From Spirochaetia bacterium (lineage in GTDB: Bacteria; Spirochaetota; Spirochaetia; UBA9216): a DNA stretch of 64,000 bases. The stretch spans positions 96,001 through 160,000 of the forward strand of contig OZ223264.1 in assembly GCA_965140585.1 (NCBI GenBank), in the 5' to 3' direction. The translations under genes were made by a program, and so were the position numbers. Position 1 is the first letter of the stretch. Each line of letters starts with the position of its first letter. This document shows, one piece after another, positions 9,564 through 18,801 of the stretch. The notes beneath the pieces are model-generated. The model ran no database searches. It saw only the letters and a list, made by a program, of their open reading frames with translations, and was not told where the DNA came from.

Positions 9564-11094
9564 TTGCCGCCTCCTCTTTTTTTACTCCAAGCATATAGGG
9601 GCCAAGGTCTACATCGTTGATTTTTGAAGCATCCTTGAAATGTCCGGTGATCTGTCCGTTGTATATTGCAATTACCCTGTTTGAAAGTTTAAGAACTTCA
9701 TCAAGGTCTGCAGATATCAGGAAGATGGCTTTGCCTTCATCCCTGGCTTTTTTCAGCAGGTTGTGAATAAGTTCTTCCGAGCCTATATCAACACCCCTGG
9801 TAGGCTGTGATGCGATTATCACCTCCGGGTTTGAAGTAAGTTCTCTTGCAACTACAACTTTCTGAATGTTACCGCCTGAAAGCGAGCCGACACTTGTTTT
9901 TGAGTTCTTTGTAAGAATGTTGAACTGCTTTATCAGGTCCTTGCTCTGCTGGGCTATATATTTCCAGTTCAGTTTACCCTTTGAACTGTATTTTTCCATG
10001 TAGTATCTGTCAACTATAAGGTTTTCTTCAACAGATGTTACTTCGGCAACCCCGTTTTCCATTCGGTCTTCGGGTATATGGGCGATACCCTGTTCGCGTA
10101 CCTGTCTCGGTGTTTTCTTTAGGAGTGAAACCCCGTCAAGTGTTACCGAGCCGGAATCCGGTTCAAGAAGGCCGGCTATGATTTCGGCAAGTTCTGACTG
10201 TCCGTTTCCTTCAACTCCGGCAAGGCCAAGAATTTCTCCTGCCCGGATATCAAAATCTATACCTTTCAGGATTTCCACATTGTCTTCGTCTGTATATTTC
10301 AGGCCTCTGACTGCAAGCTTTGTTTTACCGATCTTGTCGGGAGCCGGAATTCTCTCGGTATTTATTTCACGGCCGACCATCAATGAGGCTATTTTTTCCT
10401 CATCAAGGCCTTCCATATCCCTTGTAACAATAGCCTTTGCATCACGCATGACAGTTATACGGTCGGCCACACGGGTTACCTCGGAAAGCTTGTGAGTGAT
10501 AAAGATTATGGTTTTTCCAGCAGCCTTGAGCCCGTCAAGGGTTTTAAAAAGAACGTCAGTTTCCTGGGGAGTCAGGACTGCTGTCGGCTCATCAAGAATC
10601 AGTATCTCTGCATTCCTTGCAAGGGCTTTAAGAATTTCCACCCTCTGTCTAACGCCGATGGCCAGGTCCTTTATCTTCTTTTCTGCGGGAACGGCAAGGC
10701 CGTATTTCTCTGCTGCCTCTTTGCAGACTTTGACTGCTGACTGGGAATCAAGAAAGAGTTTTCCCTTTTTCGGCTCCATGCCGAGAACCAGATTTTCCGC
10801 GACCGTTAGATCGGGAGCAAGCATCAGGTGCTGGTGCACCATTCCTATTCCGGCGGCTATAGCGTCACGCGGATTGGAGAAGCTTACCTTTTTCCCCTTG
10901 TATGTGATACTTCCGTCCTGATACGGAGTAATACCGAAAAGGACTTTCATAAGGGTGCTTTTACCGGCACCGTTTTCACCTACGAGGGCATGGATGCTGT
11001 TTTCCTGCACATCCATAGATACATTCCGGTTTGCTATAACCCCGTCGGGATAAACCTTGAAAATATCTTTTATCTCCAGGATGTTGTTTTTCAT
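9544..11094 (-). CDS. Nucleoside/sugar ABC transporter ATP-binding protein (tandem NBD)
   Basis: GENGAGKST, ILDEPT, ITHK and LSGGNIQK motifs. Confidence 0.95.
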   Translation of the reverse strand: MKNNILEIKDIFKVYPDGVIANRNVSMDVQENSIHALVGENGAGKSTLMKVLFGITPYQDGSITYKGKKVSFSNPRDAIAAGIGMVHQHLMLAPDLTVAENLVLGMEPKKGKLFLDSQSAVKVCKEAAEKYGLAVPAEKKIKDLAIGVRQRVEILKALARNAEILILDEPTAVLTPQETDVLFKTLDGLKAAGKTIIFITHKLSEVTRVADRITVMRDAKAIVTRDMEGLDEEKIASLMVGREINTERIPAPDKIGKTKLAVRGLKYTDEDNVEILKGIDFDIRAGEILGLAGVEGNGQSELAEIIAGLLEPDSGSVTLDGVSLLKKTPRQVREQGIAHIPEDRMENGVAEVTSVEENLIVDRYYMEKYSSKGKLNWKYIAQQSKDLIKQFNILTKNSKTSVGSLSGGNIQKVVVARELTSNPEVIIASQPTRGVDIGSEELIHNLLKKARDEGKAIFLISADLDEVLKLSNRVIAIYNGQITGHFKDASKINDVDLGPYMLGVKKEEAASGKMDS

Positions 11095-11151
11095 ATTTCC
11101 TCTTTTATTAGGAAGTAAGACCCCTTAAATGATAGTGGGGTACGCTGATGT

Positions 11152-11185
11152 AAAAGAAACCCGGAACAGGCTGCGCTGTTCCGGG
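11152..11185 (-). terminator. Hairpin with U-tract downstream of the BMP gene (terminator or mRNA-stabilising stem)
   Basis: CCCGGAACAG...CTGTTCCGGG 10-bp stem followed by TTTCTTTT on the minus strand. Confidence 0.7.
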
Positions 11186-11202
11186 CATATGTATTAGTTA
11201 AA

Positions 11203-12279
11203 TTAGAAAGCGGATGAAACCTTGATTTCTCCGGCAAGAATTTTCTGTTCAATTTCATCAATCTTTGCCTGGAATTCTTTGGGTACTACCTTGAGGTAGT
11301 TTTCATTTTTGGCAATACCTACACCGCCTTCGGCAATACCGAGGTATTCAGCTTCGCCGTAAACAAGTGTTCCTTCCTGATGCATCTTGATTCCTCTGTA
11401 AAGAGAGTTACCAACATTTTTAAGCATTGAAGTGATGATATTTGCAGCCTTTTCAGGATCGCTTTCTGCAAAAAGTGCATACTGGTCAGAATCTACACCG
11501 AAGGTGTATTTGCTTCTTTCTTTTGCAGCATCGAGTCCGCCAAGTCCGGTTTCTCCTGCTACGTTAAAAGAAATATCTGCGCCCTGGTCAAAGAATGCGA
11601 GGGTAAGCTCTTTACCCTTTGCAGGGTCATTCCATGCTCCTGCATATGCAACTTTAACGTCGATTGCAGGGTCAATGTAGGCAGCGCCTTCCATGTATCC
11701 GATTTTGAAGTCGTTGATAACGTCAATATCCATACCGCCGAGGAAGCCGATTGTCTTGTCTTTATTTGCTTTAGGCATCGCTGATTCAGTAATCATTGCT
11801 CCAAGAGCTCCTACGAGGAAAGATGCCTCATTCTGCATATACATGATTGAGTATACGTTGCCGAGGTTTCCGTTGCTATAGGTTACTGTTGTGTCGTATG
11901 TAAAAAACTTTTTGTCCGGATGCTGGGGAGCCAGCTTTTCAAGAATTTCCTGAGTCTGCCAGGTTCCTGCAATGATTATGTCCCAGTCACCTTCACAAAG
12001 CTGAGTAATATCCGGTTCCCATCTTGAAGCGTCGTAACCGCCCTCAATTACCTTAGCTCTGATTCCGAGATCCTTTTCAGCTCTTTTTACACCGTCTGAT
12101 GCAGAGTCAAAAAAGGATTTGTCGCCGAGTGTTCCGTTTAGATACAGAACAACCTTAAGCTGTTCAGCTTTTGCTGAGCTGTCTGTTGAAGCGCCTTCCT
12201 GACTTCCGCCTGCGAATACGGTTGTGCCTGCGAATACCATCAGGATGCAGATGAGTACTGAAATGATAGTTTTTTTCAT
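11203..12279 (-). CDS. BMP/PnrA family nucleoside-binding protein
   Basis: LGDKSFFDS, IGFLGGMD, WNDPAKGKE, GVDSDQ and TSMLKNV motifs. Start moved to the MKKTII ATG (12279), downstream of GGAGG. Confidence 0.92.
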   Translation of the reverse strand: MKKTIISVLICILMVFAGTTVFAGGSQEGASTDSSAKAEQLKVVLYLNGTLGDKSFFDSASDGVKRAEKDLGIRAKVIEGGYDASRWEPDITQLCEGDWDIIIAGTWQTQEILEKLAPQHPDKKFFTYDTTVTYSNGNLGNVYSIMYMQNEASFLVGALGAMITESAMPKANKDKTIGFLGGMDIDVINDFKIGYMEGAAYIDPAIDVKVAYAGAWNDPAKGKELTLAFFDQGADISFNVAGETGLGGLDAAKERSKYTFGVDSDQYALFAESDPEKAANIITSMLKNVGNSLYRGIKMHQEGTLVYGEAEYLGIAEGGVGIAKNENYLKVVPKEFQAKIDEIEQKILAGEIKVSSAF

Positions 12280-12426
12280 TCCATAATCCTCCAATTTAAG
12301 TATTACTTCAATTGTAGTTTGCTTCATACTTTATGTAAACCAAAAAGTTGTTTATAAATTTTGTGCTCATGTTTGAATCGCGGGAGATCGATTTTATTTA
12401 TATAAAAGTAAATTTGAGGAGAAAAA

Positions 12427-13152
12427 ATGAAATTAAAAATCAAAATTGCAGCAGTCATTGCTCTGATTGCTGCAGTCAGCGGTTGTGAATGGTTTGGTGC
12501 AACAGATGCTGCGCTGGAAGAGGCTGTGCAGGGAACCTGGCTGGTTTCTGTTCCGAGTGCATTGAGTGCCTTTTCCGGTACAAAACGGATTTTTAACGGT
12601 AATAATTACGAAATCTATTACTATGATACAGACAGTTCCCGTTATGTTCTTGTGGAGTCCGGAACCTTCAAATTCAGCGGCGGGGTGATGATTGAAACAG
12701 CTGAGAAATTATACAGTAACGGAGCACTAATAGACGCAGGTGAAGGGTACCTTGTTAAATGGGAATATCCTTCTTTTTATGTGAACGGGGATATTCTTGC
12801 GGAGGCTTCATATACGGGAAATTCCGATGAACTGATAGGAGTTTGGACAAAAGACCTCGAAGGTCCATTCTATGCGATGGGAAGTGCCGGTTTATACAGA
12901 TATTCAGAATATCGAGATTATGTTCTGGAGTTTGACTCCTATTCAGGCCGCCTGGATTACTCAGGATCCATTTATTACCCCACAGGCGAACTATATGAGA
13001 GTAACTCTTATTATGCAAATTATGATGACTTTTCTTATGCAGGGACCGAATGGACCTACACGTACAATTCAGAGACCTACTATGTAAAAAGTAAAATCAT
13101 AGCTGAAGGAAATCAAAACAGGCTATTATTTTCATATTATGAAAAACAATAA
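12427..13152 (+). CDS. Hypothetical lipoprotein (Tyr-rich, beta-rich)
   Basis: GAGGA RBS; signal peptide with lipobox VSGC; two 'G.W' repeats reminiscent of lipocalin-like domains. Confidence 0.75.
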   Translation: MKLKIKIAAVIALIAAVSGCEWFGATDAALEEAVQGTWLVSVPSALSAFSGTKRIFNGNNYEIYYYDTDSSRYVLVESGTFKFSGGVMIETAEKLYSNGALIDAGEGYLVKWEYPSFYVNGDILAEASYTGNSDELIGVWTKDLEGPFYAMGSAGLYRYSEYRDYVLEFDSYSGRLDYSGSIYYPTGELYESNSYYANYDDFSYAGTEWTYTYNSETYYVKSKIIAEGNQNRLLFSYYEKQ

Positions 13153-13171
13153 ATTTCCCTACGCGGCGGTC

Positions 13172-13396
13172 TTAATGTCCGCCGCACATTCCTGAACCGC
13201 AGCAGCCCCGCTGATAACCTCCGCCACAGCCTGATGCACAGTCCGGTTTTGCCGAGCCGGTTGAGAATCCGAATGTGCTGAATTTCTTAGTCAGTTCAGT
13301 ACTCCCGCAATTTTCGCATTTTATTTCTGTATCAGAGTTCACTAAAAGTTCAATGTCACTGCCGCATTTAATGCATTTATATTCATAGATTGGCAT
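13172..13396 (-). CDS. FmdB-family zinc-ribbon protein with Cys/Gly-rich tail
   Basis: MPIYEYKCIKCG...CENCGS...KKFS; AGGAG RBS before ATG 13396; tail CASGCGGGYQRGCCGSGMC. Confidence 0.88.
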   Translation of the reverse strand: MPIYEYKCIKCGSDIELLVNSDTEIKCENCGSTELTKKFSTFGFSTGSAKPDCASGCGGGYQRGCCGSGMCGGH

Positions 13397-13404
13397 GGTG
13401 TCTC

Positions 13405-13722
13405 CTACAGGCCCAGCTGTTTGCGCCGGTTCGATAGTACTGTGCCTTCTGCGCATGCAGCCAGATCAAGTACGCAGGGTGCTGTGATCCTGTATTCAAC
13501 CCTTGTTCCTGATTTCTCATCATCAACAAGCCCTGCATCCTTAAGCTGTGAAAGATGCTTTGATGCCGCAGATTTGGGTATTCCTGCCTCTTCTGCCAGT
13601 TCGCATACACACCACGGCTTCTCCTTGAGTTTCTGCAGGAAGTATATTCTCATCGGATGTGATAATGCTTTAAACATATGTGCCCGCCATTCGGCATGCT
13701 CCATTTCTTCTTTACTGATCAT
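13405..13722 (-). CDS. ArsR/SmtB family transcriptional regulator
   Basis: FKALSHPMR, CVCEL and SKHLSQLKDAGLV motifs; C-terminal PCV...AC. Confidence 0.92.
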   Translation of the reverse strand: MISKEEMEHAEWRAHMFKALSHPMRIYFLQKLKEKPWCVCELAEEAGIPKSAASKHLSQLKDAGLVDDEKSGTRVEYRITAPCVLDLAACAEGTVLSNRRKQLGL

Positions 13723-13731
13723 ACCTATAAG

Positions 13732-13749
13732 GTTTCAAATTCTAGAAAC
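13732..13749. promoter_or_regulatory. Putative ArsR operator 1 (GTTTC-N8-GAAAC)
   Basis: Inverted repeat between a minus-strand TTGACA (13751-13756) and the arsR start; the same motif recurs at 13795. Confidence 0.6.
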
Positions 13750-13794
13750 TTTGTCAATATGAAGCCTATGGGCTATTGACTTTTTTGCTGCAAA

Positions 13795-13812
13795 GTTTCT
13801 TAATAAGGAAAC
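13795..13812. promoter_or_regulatory. Putative ArsR operator 2 (GTTTC-N8-GAAAC)
   Basis: Same inverted repeat, downstream of TTGACT (13776-13781) and before the thioredoxin gene. Confidence 0.6.
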
Positions 13813-13841
13813 AATGAAACTATTAATTTTCAGGAGATAAT

Positions 13842-14081
13842 ATGAAATTACAGGTACTTGGAAGCGGCTGTGCAAAATGCAAAATGCTTGAGGCTTCTGT
13901 GATAGAAGCGGTTAAAGCAATGGGATCAGATGCTGAGGTTGTAAAGGTAACAGACATTGATGAAATTCTCGATATGGGTGTAATGATTACTCCGGCGCTT
14001 GCGATTGACGGAGATGTTAAATCATCCGGAAAGGTTCTTACCCTGGCTGAAGTTCAGGATTTTATAAAAGCGGCTCTTTAG
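13842..14081 (+). CDS. Small redox-active disulfide protein (MTH895/thioredoxin_3 family)
   Basis: LGSGCAKC and GVMITPALAIDG.VKSSGKV motifs. Confidence 0.92.
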   Translation: MKLQVLGSGCAKCKMLEASVIEAVKAMGSDAEVVKVTDIDEILDMGVMITPALAIDGDVKSSGKVLTLAEVQDFIKAAL

Positions 14082-14098
14082 GAACAGGAAAAAACAGT

Positions 14099-15289
14099 AT
14101 GGCAAAAAAGGAACTTGGTCCGAATAAACTGCTTATCATAACCGCTGCGGTTTTTCTCGCAGTGTATTTTATACCCTTTGACACTGCCCGTGTATCCGGT
14201 GCAATTCAGGAAGCCTTTCTGATGCTCAGTGACTACGCAAGGGAACATGTGCTGCTCTGTCTTGTTCCAGCGATGTTTATTGCAGGCGCAATCACTGTAT
14301 TTCTGAATCAGCAGTCGGTTATCAGATTTCTCGGGCCGAAAGCTCCAAAGGCTGTTGCCTACAGTGTGGCTTCGGTCTCAGGTGCGATCCTCGCTGTCTG
14401 CTCCTGTACAGTACTGCCCCTGTTTAAAGGAATATATAAAAAGGGTGCAGGACTTGGTCCGGCCGTCAGCTTTCTGTATTCGGGACCTGCAATAAATATT
14501 CTGGCAATAGTAATGTCCTATAAGGTTTTCGGATGGCAGATTGGACTTGCAAGAATGGCAGGGGCCGTTCTTTTTGCTGTTATTATAGGGCTTGTAATGC
14601 AGTTTCTCTTCAGAAAGGATGAAGAGAAAAGAATGGGTGATGAACGGATGTTCCAATATCAGGATTCCGGTGAAGAAAGAACTCTTCCCCAGATGATGCT
14701 TTATATGTTTTCAATGATCGGTATTCTTGTATTTGTTAACTGGGCGAACTCAAAGGGCGGAAGCAGAATCTGGGATATGATTTACAGCTATAAATATTTT
14801 ATCACTGCAGCCTTTGCTCTTATTCTTGTTTTTTCGCTTGTCCGATGGTTTTCAAAGATGGAACTGAAAATATGGCTGACTGCTACAAGAGACTTTGCCC
14901 TGCAGATTCTTCCCTATCTCTTCTTCGGTGTTCTGGTAGCCGGTTTTCTTTTAGGCAGGCCGGGTCATGATGCCCTTATTCCGACCGACTGGGTTGCATC
15001 GCTGGTCGGAGGCAATTCTGTTTTTGCAAATCTAATCGCATCGGTGGCGGGAGCTTTTATGTATTTTGCGACCCTGACCGAAGTTCCTATTCTTCAGGGC
15101 CTGATTGGTGCGGGAATGGGGCAGGGCCCGGCACTCGCACTGCTGCTTGCCGGACCGTCTTTATCGCTCCCTTCAATGCTGGTTATCGGCGGTGAGCTCG
15201 GGTTCAAAAAGACTGCCGTTTATGTTCTGCTTGTTGTTATACTTTCAACTGCTGCCGGTTTAATTTTCGGCTCGATAACAGGCATATGA
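14099..15289 (+). CDS. DUF318/ArsP-family permease
   Basis: AVCSCTVLPLF, FLYSGPAIN, FMYFATLTEVPI and LLAGPSLSLPSM motifs; multi-TM. Confidence 0.9.
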   Translation: MAKKELGPNKLLIITAAVFLAVYFIPFDTARVSGAIQEAFLMLSDYAREHVLLCLVPAMFIAGAITVFLNQQSVIRFLGPKAPKAVAYSVASVSGAILAVCSCTVLPLFKGIYKKGAGLGPAVSFLYSGPAINILAIVMSYKVFGWQIGLARMAGAVLFAVIIGLVMQFLFRKDEEKRMGDERMFQYQDSGEERTLPQMMLYMFSMIGILVFVNWANSKGGSRIWDMIYSYKYFITAAFALILVFSLVRWFSKMELKIWLTATRDFALQILPYLFFGVLVAGFLLGRPGHDALIPTDWVASLVGGNSVFANLIASVAGAFMYFATLTEVPILQGLIGAGMGQGPALALLLAGPSLSLPSMLVIGGELGFKKTAVYVLLVVILSTAAGLIFGSITGI

Positions 15290-15295
15290 TTCGTT

Positions 15296-15321
15296 TGAAT
15301 AAGAGGTTTACCTCTTATTCA
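15296..15321. terminator. Hairpin between the convergent permease and CMD genes
   Basis: TGAATAAGAGG-TTTA-CCTCTTATTCA perfect stem. Confidence 0.65.
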
Positions 15322-15346
15322 GACATAAAAAACTTGTTTTTTATGT

Positions 15347-15667
15347 CTACTCGCAGCCGCAGCTTACATTTCCTTTCAGTATTTCCTTCCAGTCGCCTAA
15401 TACATCATGGGTCCAGCAGTCGTCAGCGCCGGCTGCTTCTCTCATGACGAGTGCAAGGATATAAGAAAGCTCTTTAACTGTAGCTCCTGCATCCATAGCA
15501 CCCTTGAAGTGCTTAAGAACACATGGTTTTGATCTTGCCTTGATTGAAAGGGCAAAACATATGAACTGGTATGTCTTCTCATCTATGGTTCGTTTCTCCC
15601 GGTAAAGGGCATCCATCTCATCAAGCTGTCCGGCAAATTCCGGAAAAAATTCTTCAAGCATCCGCAT
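15347..15667 (-). CDS. Carboxymuconolactone decarboxylase/AhpD-like protein
   Basis: IDEKTYQFICFALS...PCVLKHFKGAMDAGAT..E pattern; AAGGAG RBS; C-terminal SCGC. Confidence 0.8.
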   Translation of the reverse strand: MRMLEEFFPEFAGQLDEMDALYREKRTIDEKTYQFICFALSIKARSKPCVLKHFKGAMDAGATVKELSYILALVMREAAGADDCWTHDVLGDWKEILKGNVSCGCE

Positions 15668-15786
15668 TTTGTTACTCCTTGACTGATTTTATAATGTATA
15701 TATCCGTTTGGATACCGGAATTAATTAAGTTTGAATTCAGCAGCAGGATATTATAAAATTCCTGTAGTTGGATTTATACGGGTTTT

Positions 15787-17103
15787 TTGCAGATGAGAAA
15801 AATCTCTTTCAGAGATAATATAATATTTCAGTATACCGCTGTTTCGTTTTTTACCACCTTGATAATTGCAGTTCTTCTGGTTTTGCTGATGATGGGACGA
15901 GTACAGAGTCAGCTGATACGATCACATGGGCAGTTCTACCGAGAGTTTATAAATGCAATCTCTGAAAATTACCGGGAAATACTTCCTGTTTTCAATGGAC
16001 TTAACCCTGTGGGAACAGATGAGCATACAGAAGCAGAACATGAGCATGAGGCTGCAGATGTCTGGGAACACTTCAGGCAGGATTTACAACAGTATCCTTA
16101 TATCGAAAAACTGCTCCTTATCAATACATTTAACGAAACAGTCTGGATTTATCCGGAAACTTCCGATTTCAAAAATATTAATCCCACAGTCAGAATCGGT
16201 GATACAAATCCTGGCGGTATTAATTATAAAATAAATGACGAATCTTCCGACCTGGTTGTTTCTTATTTTCTTCCGGTAAGGGACGGGACAGAGCTTGTTG
16301 GAATGGCCGAAATTATCATCAGAAACAACAATCTCAGAGAGGCCATAAATGAAAGCCGTCTAACTTTTGCAGGCTATATTTTTGCCGGCGGATCTGTTTT
16401 TTACTTAAGTGTATTTTTGCTTTTCCTCAGGCTTTATCTGAAGCAGAAATCTGCACTGGACAGGCTTGAAAAAAGTCAGAAACTCACTATTCAGACCATG
16501 TCTCTTCTTGCTGAACTAAAAGACAATGACACAAGTGAGCATGTTCAGCGTACCAGTAAATACTGCCGGGTTCTGGCAGAGGAGCTGGCGAAGGACAGCA
16601 GATACCGGGGTTATATAGATGAACATTATATAAAAGATCTGGAACGTTCAGCACCGCTCCATGATATAGGCAAAGTCGGTATACCGGAAAATATTCTGCT
16701 GAAACCGGGGCGACTGACAGAAGACGAGTTTTCAGTAATAAAAAAACACCCGTTGCTTGGGGCGAATGTTTTAAAACAGGTAATGAATTCGGTTGAGTTT
16801 CGTTCATATTTTGAGATTGCCTATCAGATTGTTCTGTCACACCATGAAAACTGGGACGGTTCCGGTTATCCGCAAGCGTTGAGTGGTGAAGATATTCCCC
16901 TGTCTGCAAGAATAATGTCCATAGCTGATGTCTATGATGCCCTTACTACCGAGCGACCGTATAAGGAAGCTTTTTCACATGAAAAGGCGGTTGAAATAAT
17001 TCTGGAGGGCAGGGGCAGCAAATTTGATCCGGCTCTTGTGGATCATTTTCTAAATATAGAAAAAGAATTTAAAATGATCTCAGATGTTAAATTTGCCCCG
17101 TAG
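15787..17103 (+). CDS. Membrane-bound HD-GYP c-di-GMP phosphodiesterase
   Basis: Two TMs flank an extracytoplasmic domain; LHDIGK, HHENWDGSGYP and ADVYDALT motifs. The start may be ATG 15793. Confidence 0.92.
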   Translation: MQMRKISFRDNIIFQYTAVSFFTTLIIAVLLVLLMMGRVQSQLIRSHGQFYREFINAISENYREILPVFNGLNPVGTDEHTEAEHEHEAADVWEHFRQDLQQYPYIEKLLLINTFNETVWIYPETSDFKNINPTVRIGDTNPGGINYKINDESSDLVVSYFLPVRDGTELVGMAEIIIRNNNLREAINESRLTFAGYIFAGGSVFYLSVFLLFLRLYLKQKSALDRLEKSQKLTIQTMSLLAELKDNDTSEHVQRTSKYCRVLAEELAKDSRYRGYIDEHYIKDLERSAPLHDIGKVGIPENILLKPGRLTEDEFSVIKKHPLLGANVLKQVMNSVEFRSYFEIAYQIVLSHHENWDGSGYPQALSGEDIPLSARIMSIADVYDALTTERPYKEAFSHEKAVEIILEGRGSKFDPALVDHFLNIEKEFKMISDVKFAP

Positions 17104-17175
17104 CCATGATACTATAATCCAAAAGCAGTTGTTAATATATTTTGATAGACTCTTATAATCACTCTGGAGGTAGGT

Positions 17176-18801
17176 GTGCTGAAACTATTAATTGCTGATG
17201 ATGAGCACCGTGTTTGCCAGCTTATAGAAAAGATAATTCCCTGGGAGGAGTATGACGTTAAGCTTACGGGTGTAGCCTATAATGGAATAGATGCATTTGA
17301 GCTGATTAAAGAGCTTCAGCCCGACATTGTGATTACTGATATCCGTATGCCGGGGTATGACGGCATCAGCTTAATTGAAAAAACAAGAAAACTTGATTCA
17401 GATATCAGTTTTATAATTGTCAGCGGATACCGTGATTTTGAATATGCACAGAAAGCTTTGAAATTCGGTGCTGAAGATTATCTTCTAAAGCCGATTTCCG
17501 GAGATGAATTAAAAAGGATAGTTCAGAAGGTTATTGGAAAGAAGTTAAAAAATGCTGAGAAAGAGGATTATGAAAGCCGGCTGAAATTCGAACTGAGCCG
17601 AAACAGGGAAACGCTTCGTAGGGCTCTTGCAAAAGAATTTTTAGACAGAGATTTTAACCTCGGGATGAATGATTTTTTAAATCTTCAGGAGTATTACAAT
17701 ATCAGTTTTAAAAGTTTATATTTTCAAACTGTAATTATCCAGCTGGATAATCAGGATGAAAATATTCAATTCGATAATTCTGAAGCTGAAAATACAATGC
17801 TTGAAAAAACAGAGAGCATGATATCCTCGATAATTGAAGGGGCAGTCTGTGAATATTTTTCAGTGATCCAGCGCAGAAGTATTATTTATATTTTGAACAC
17901 TTTTGATACGGAAGGCCTTAATCATAGCGATTTGGAACTTCTGCTGGAGAATTCCTCCCAGAAAATTGCAGAATATGGAAAGTGGACAGCAACAATATGT
18001 GTCGGCCGGACAGTTGAAAAAATTGAGAATCTGAACTTTAGCTTTAGAGAAGCTCTTTTTGCGCGGAAAGATCGAATAATACAGGGCACTGGAAAAATCA
18101 TCAGGTTCAGGGCGCCTATTCATGCAGATGATGACTCCCGTCGCTTCAATTATCCGGTTTTATATGAAAAAATGAAGAGAATATTTGAATCTAATGAAAC
18201 TGAGCAGGTCAAAGCACTGTTTTCGGAACTTCTTGTTTTTCCGCATATCTCCGGTAGAATAAAAAACCCTGAAATTATCAATAATTTCTTCGTCAAACTT
18301 TCTGAAATGTTTGGAGAGCTTTTAATTACCTTTGGTTCAGAAGGTGAAGAAGCCGCTGAACTAAAGAGAAAGACAGAGTTTATAATAGAGATATCGGAAT
18401 CAGTGCCGGTTATCCAGTCAAGGCTATCCGTCCTGTTCTCATCATATCTATCAAGGGCTGCTGCATCGAAAAAGCTGCAAAACTATAAGCCGGTACGGAT
18501 TGCCAAGGAATATATTGAAAAAAACTTTGCTGAAAATATAGAACTCAGTACGGTAGCCGGAAAATCCGGCTTGAACCCTGTATACTTCAGTACTCTTTTT
18601 AAAAAAGAAACAGGTACAAATTTCAAGGAATATCTCCAGCATGTTAGAATTGAGAGGGCAAAGCAGATGCTGGTTTCAGGCAATGACACTATAGTTGCGA
18701 TAAGTGAGAGTGTAGGTTACAAGGATGTCCGTTATTTCAGCAGAATCTTCACACGGACTGTAGGAATAAAACCGAATATGTACAGAAAGATTTATGGATA
18801 A
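17176..18801 (+). CDS. YesN-type response regulator (REC + AraC HTH)
   Basis: IADDE, TDIRMPG and YLLKP receiver motifs; C-terminal YFSTLFKKETG...GYKDVRYFSRIF; GGAGG RBS with GTG start. Confidence 0.93.
   Translation: MLKLLIADDEHRVCQLIEKIIPWEEYDVKLTGVAYNGIDAFELIKELQPDIVITDIRMPGYDGISLIEKTRKLDSDISFIIVSGYRDFEYAQKALKFGAEDYLLKPISGDELKRIVQKVIGKKLKNAEKEDYESRLKFELSRNRETLRRALAKEFLDRDFNLGMNDFLNLQEYYNISFKSLYFQTVIIQLDNQDENIQFDNSEAENTMLEKTESMISSIIEGAVCEYFSVIQRRSIIYILNTFDTEGLNHSDLELLLENSSQKIAEYGKWTATICVGRTVEKIENLNFSFREALFARKDRIIQGTGKIIRFRAPIHADDDSRRFNYPVLYEKMKRIFESNETEQVKALFSELLVFPHISGRIKNPEIINNFFVKLSEMFGELLITFGSEGEEAAELKRKTEFIIEISESVPVIQSRLSVLFSSYLSRAAASKKLQNYKPVRIAKEYIEKNFAENIELSTVAGKSGLNPVYFSTLFKKETGTNFKEYLQHVRIERAKQMLVSGNDTIVAISESVGYKDVRYFSRIFTRTVGIKPNMYRKIYG

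Noticed and set aside
15287-15321. UGA followed by a hairpin after the DUF318 permease as a possible SECIS
   Set aside because: The protein is complete at this UGA, a second stop follows two codons later, and the hairpin fits a terminator between convergent genes.
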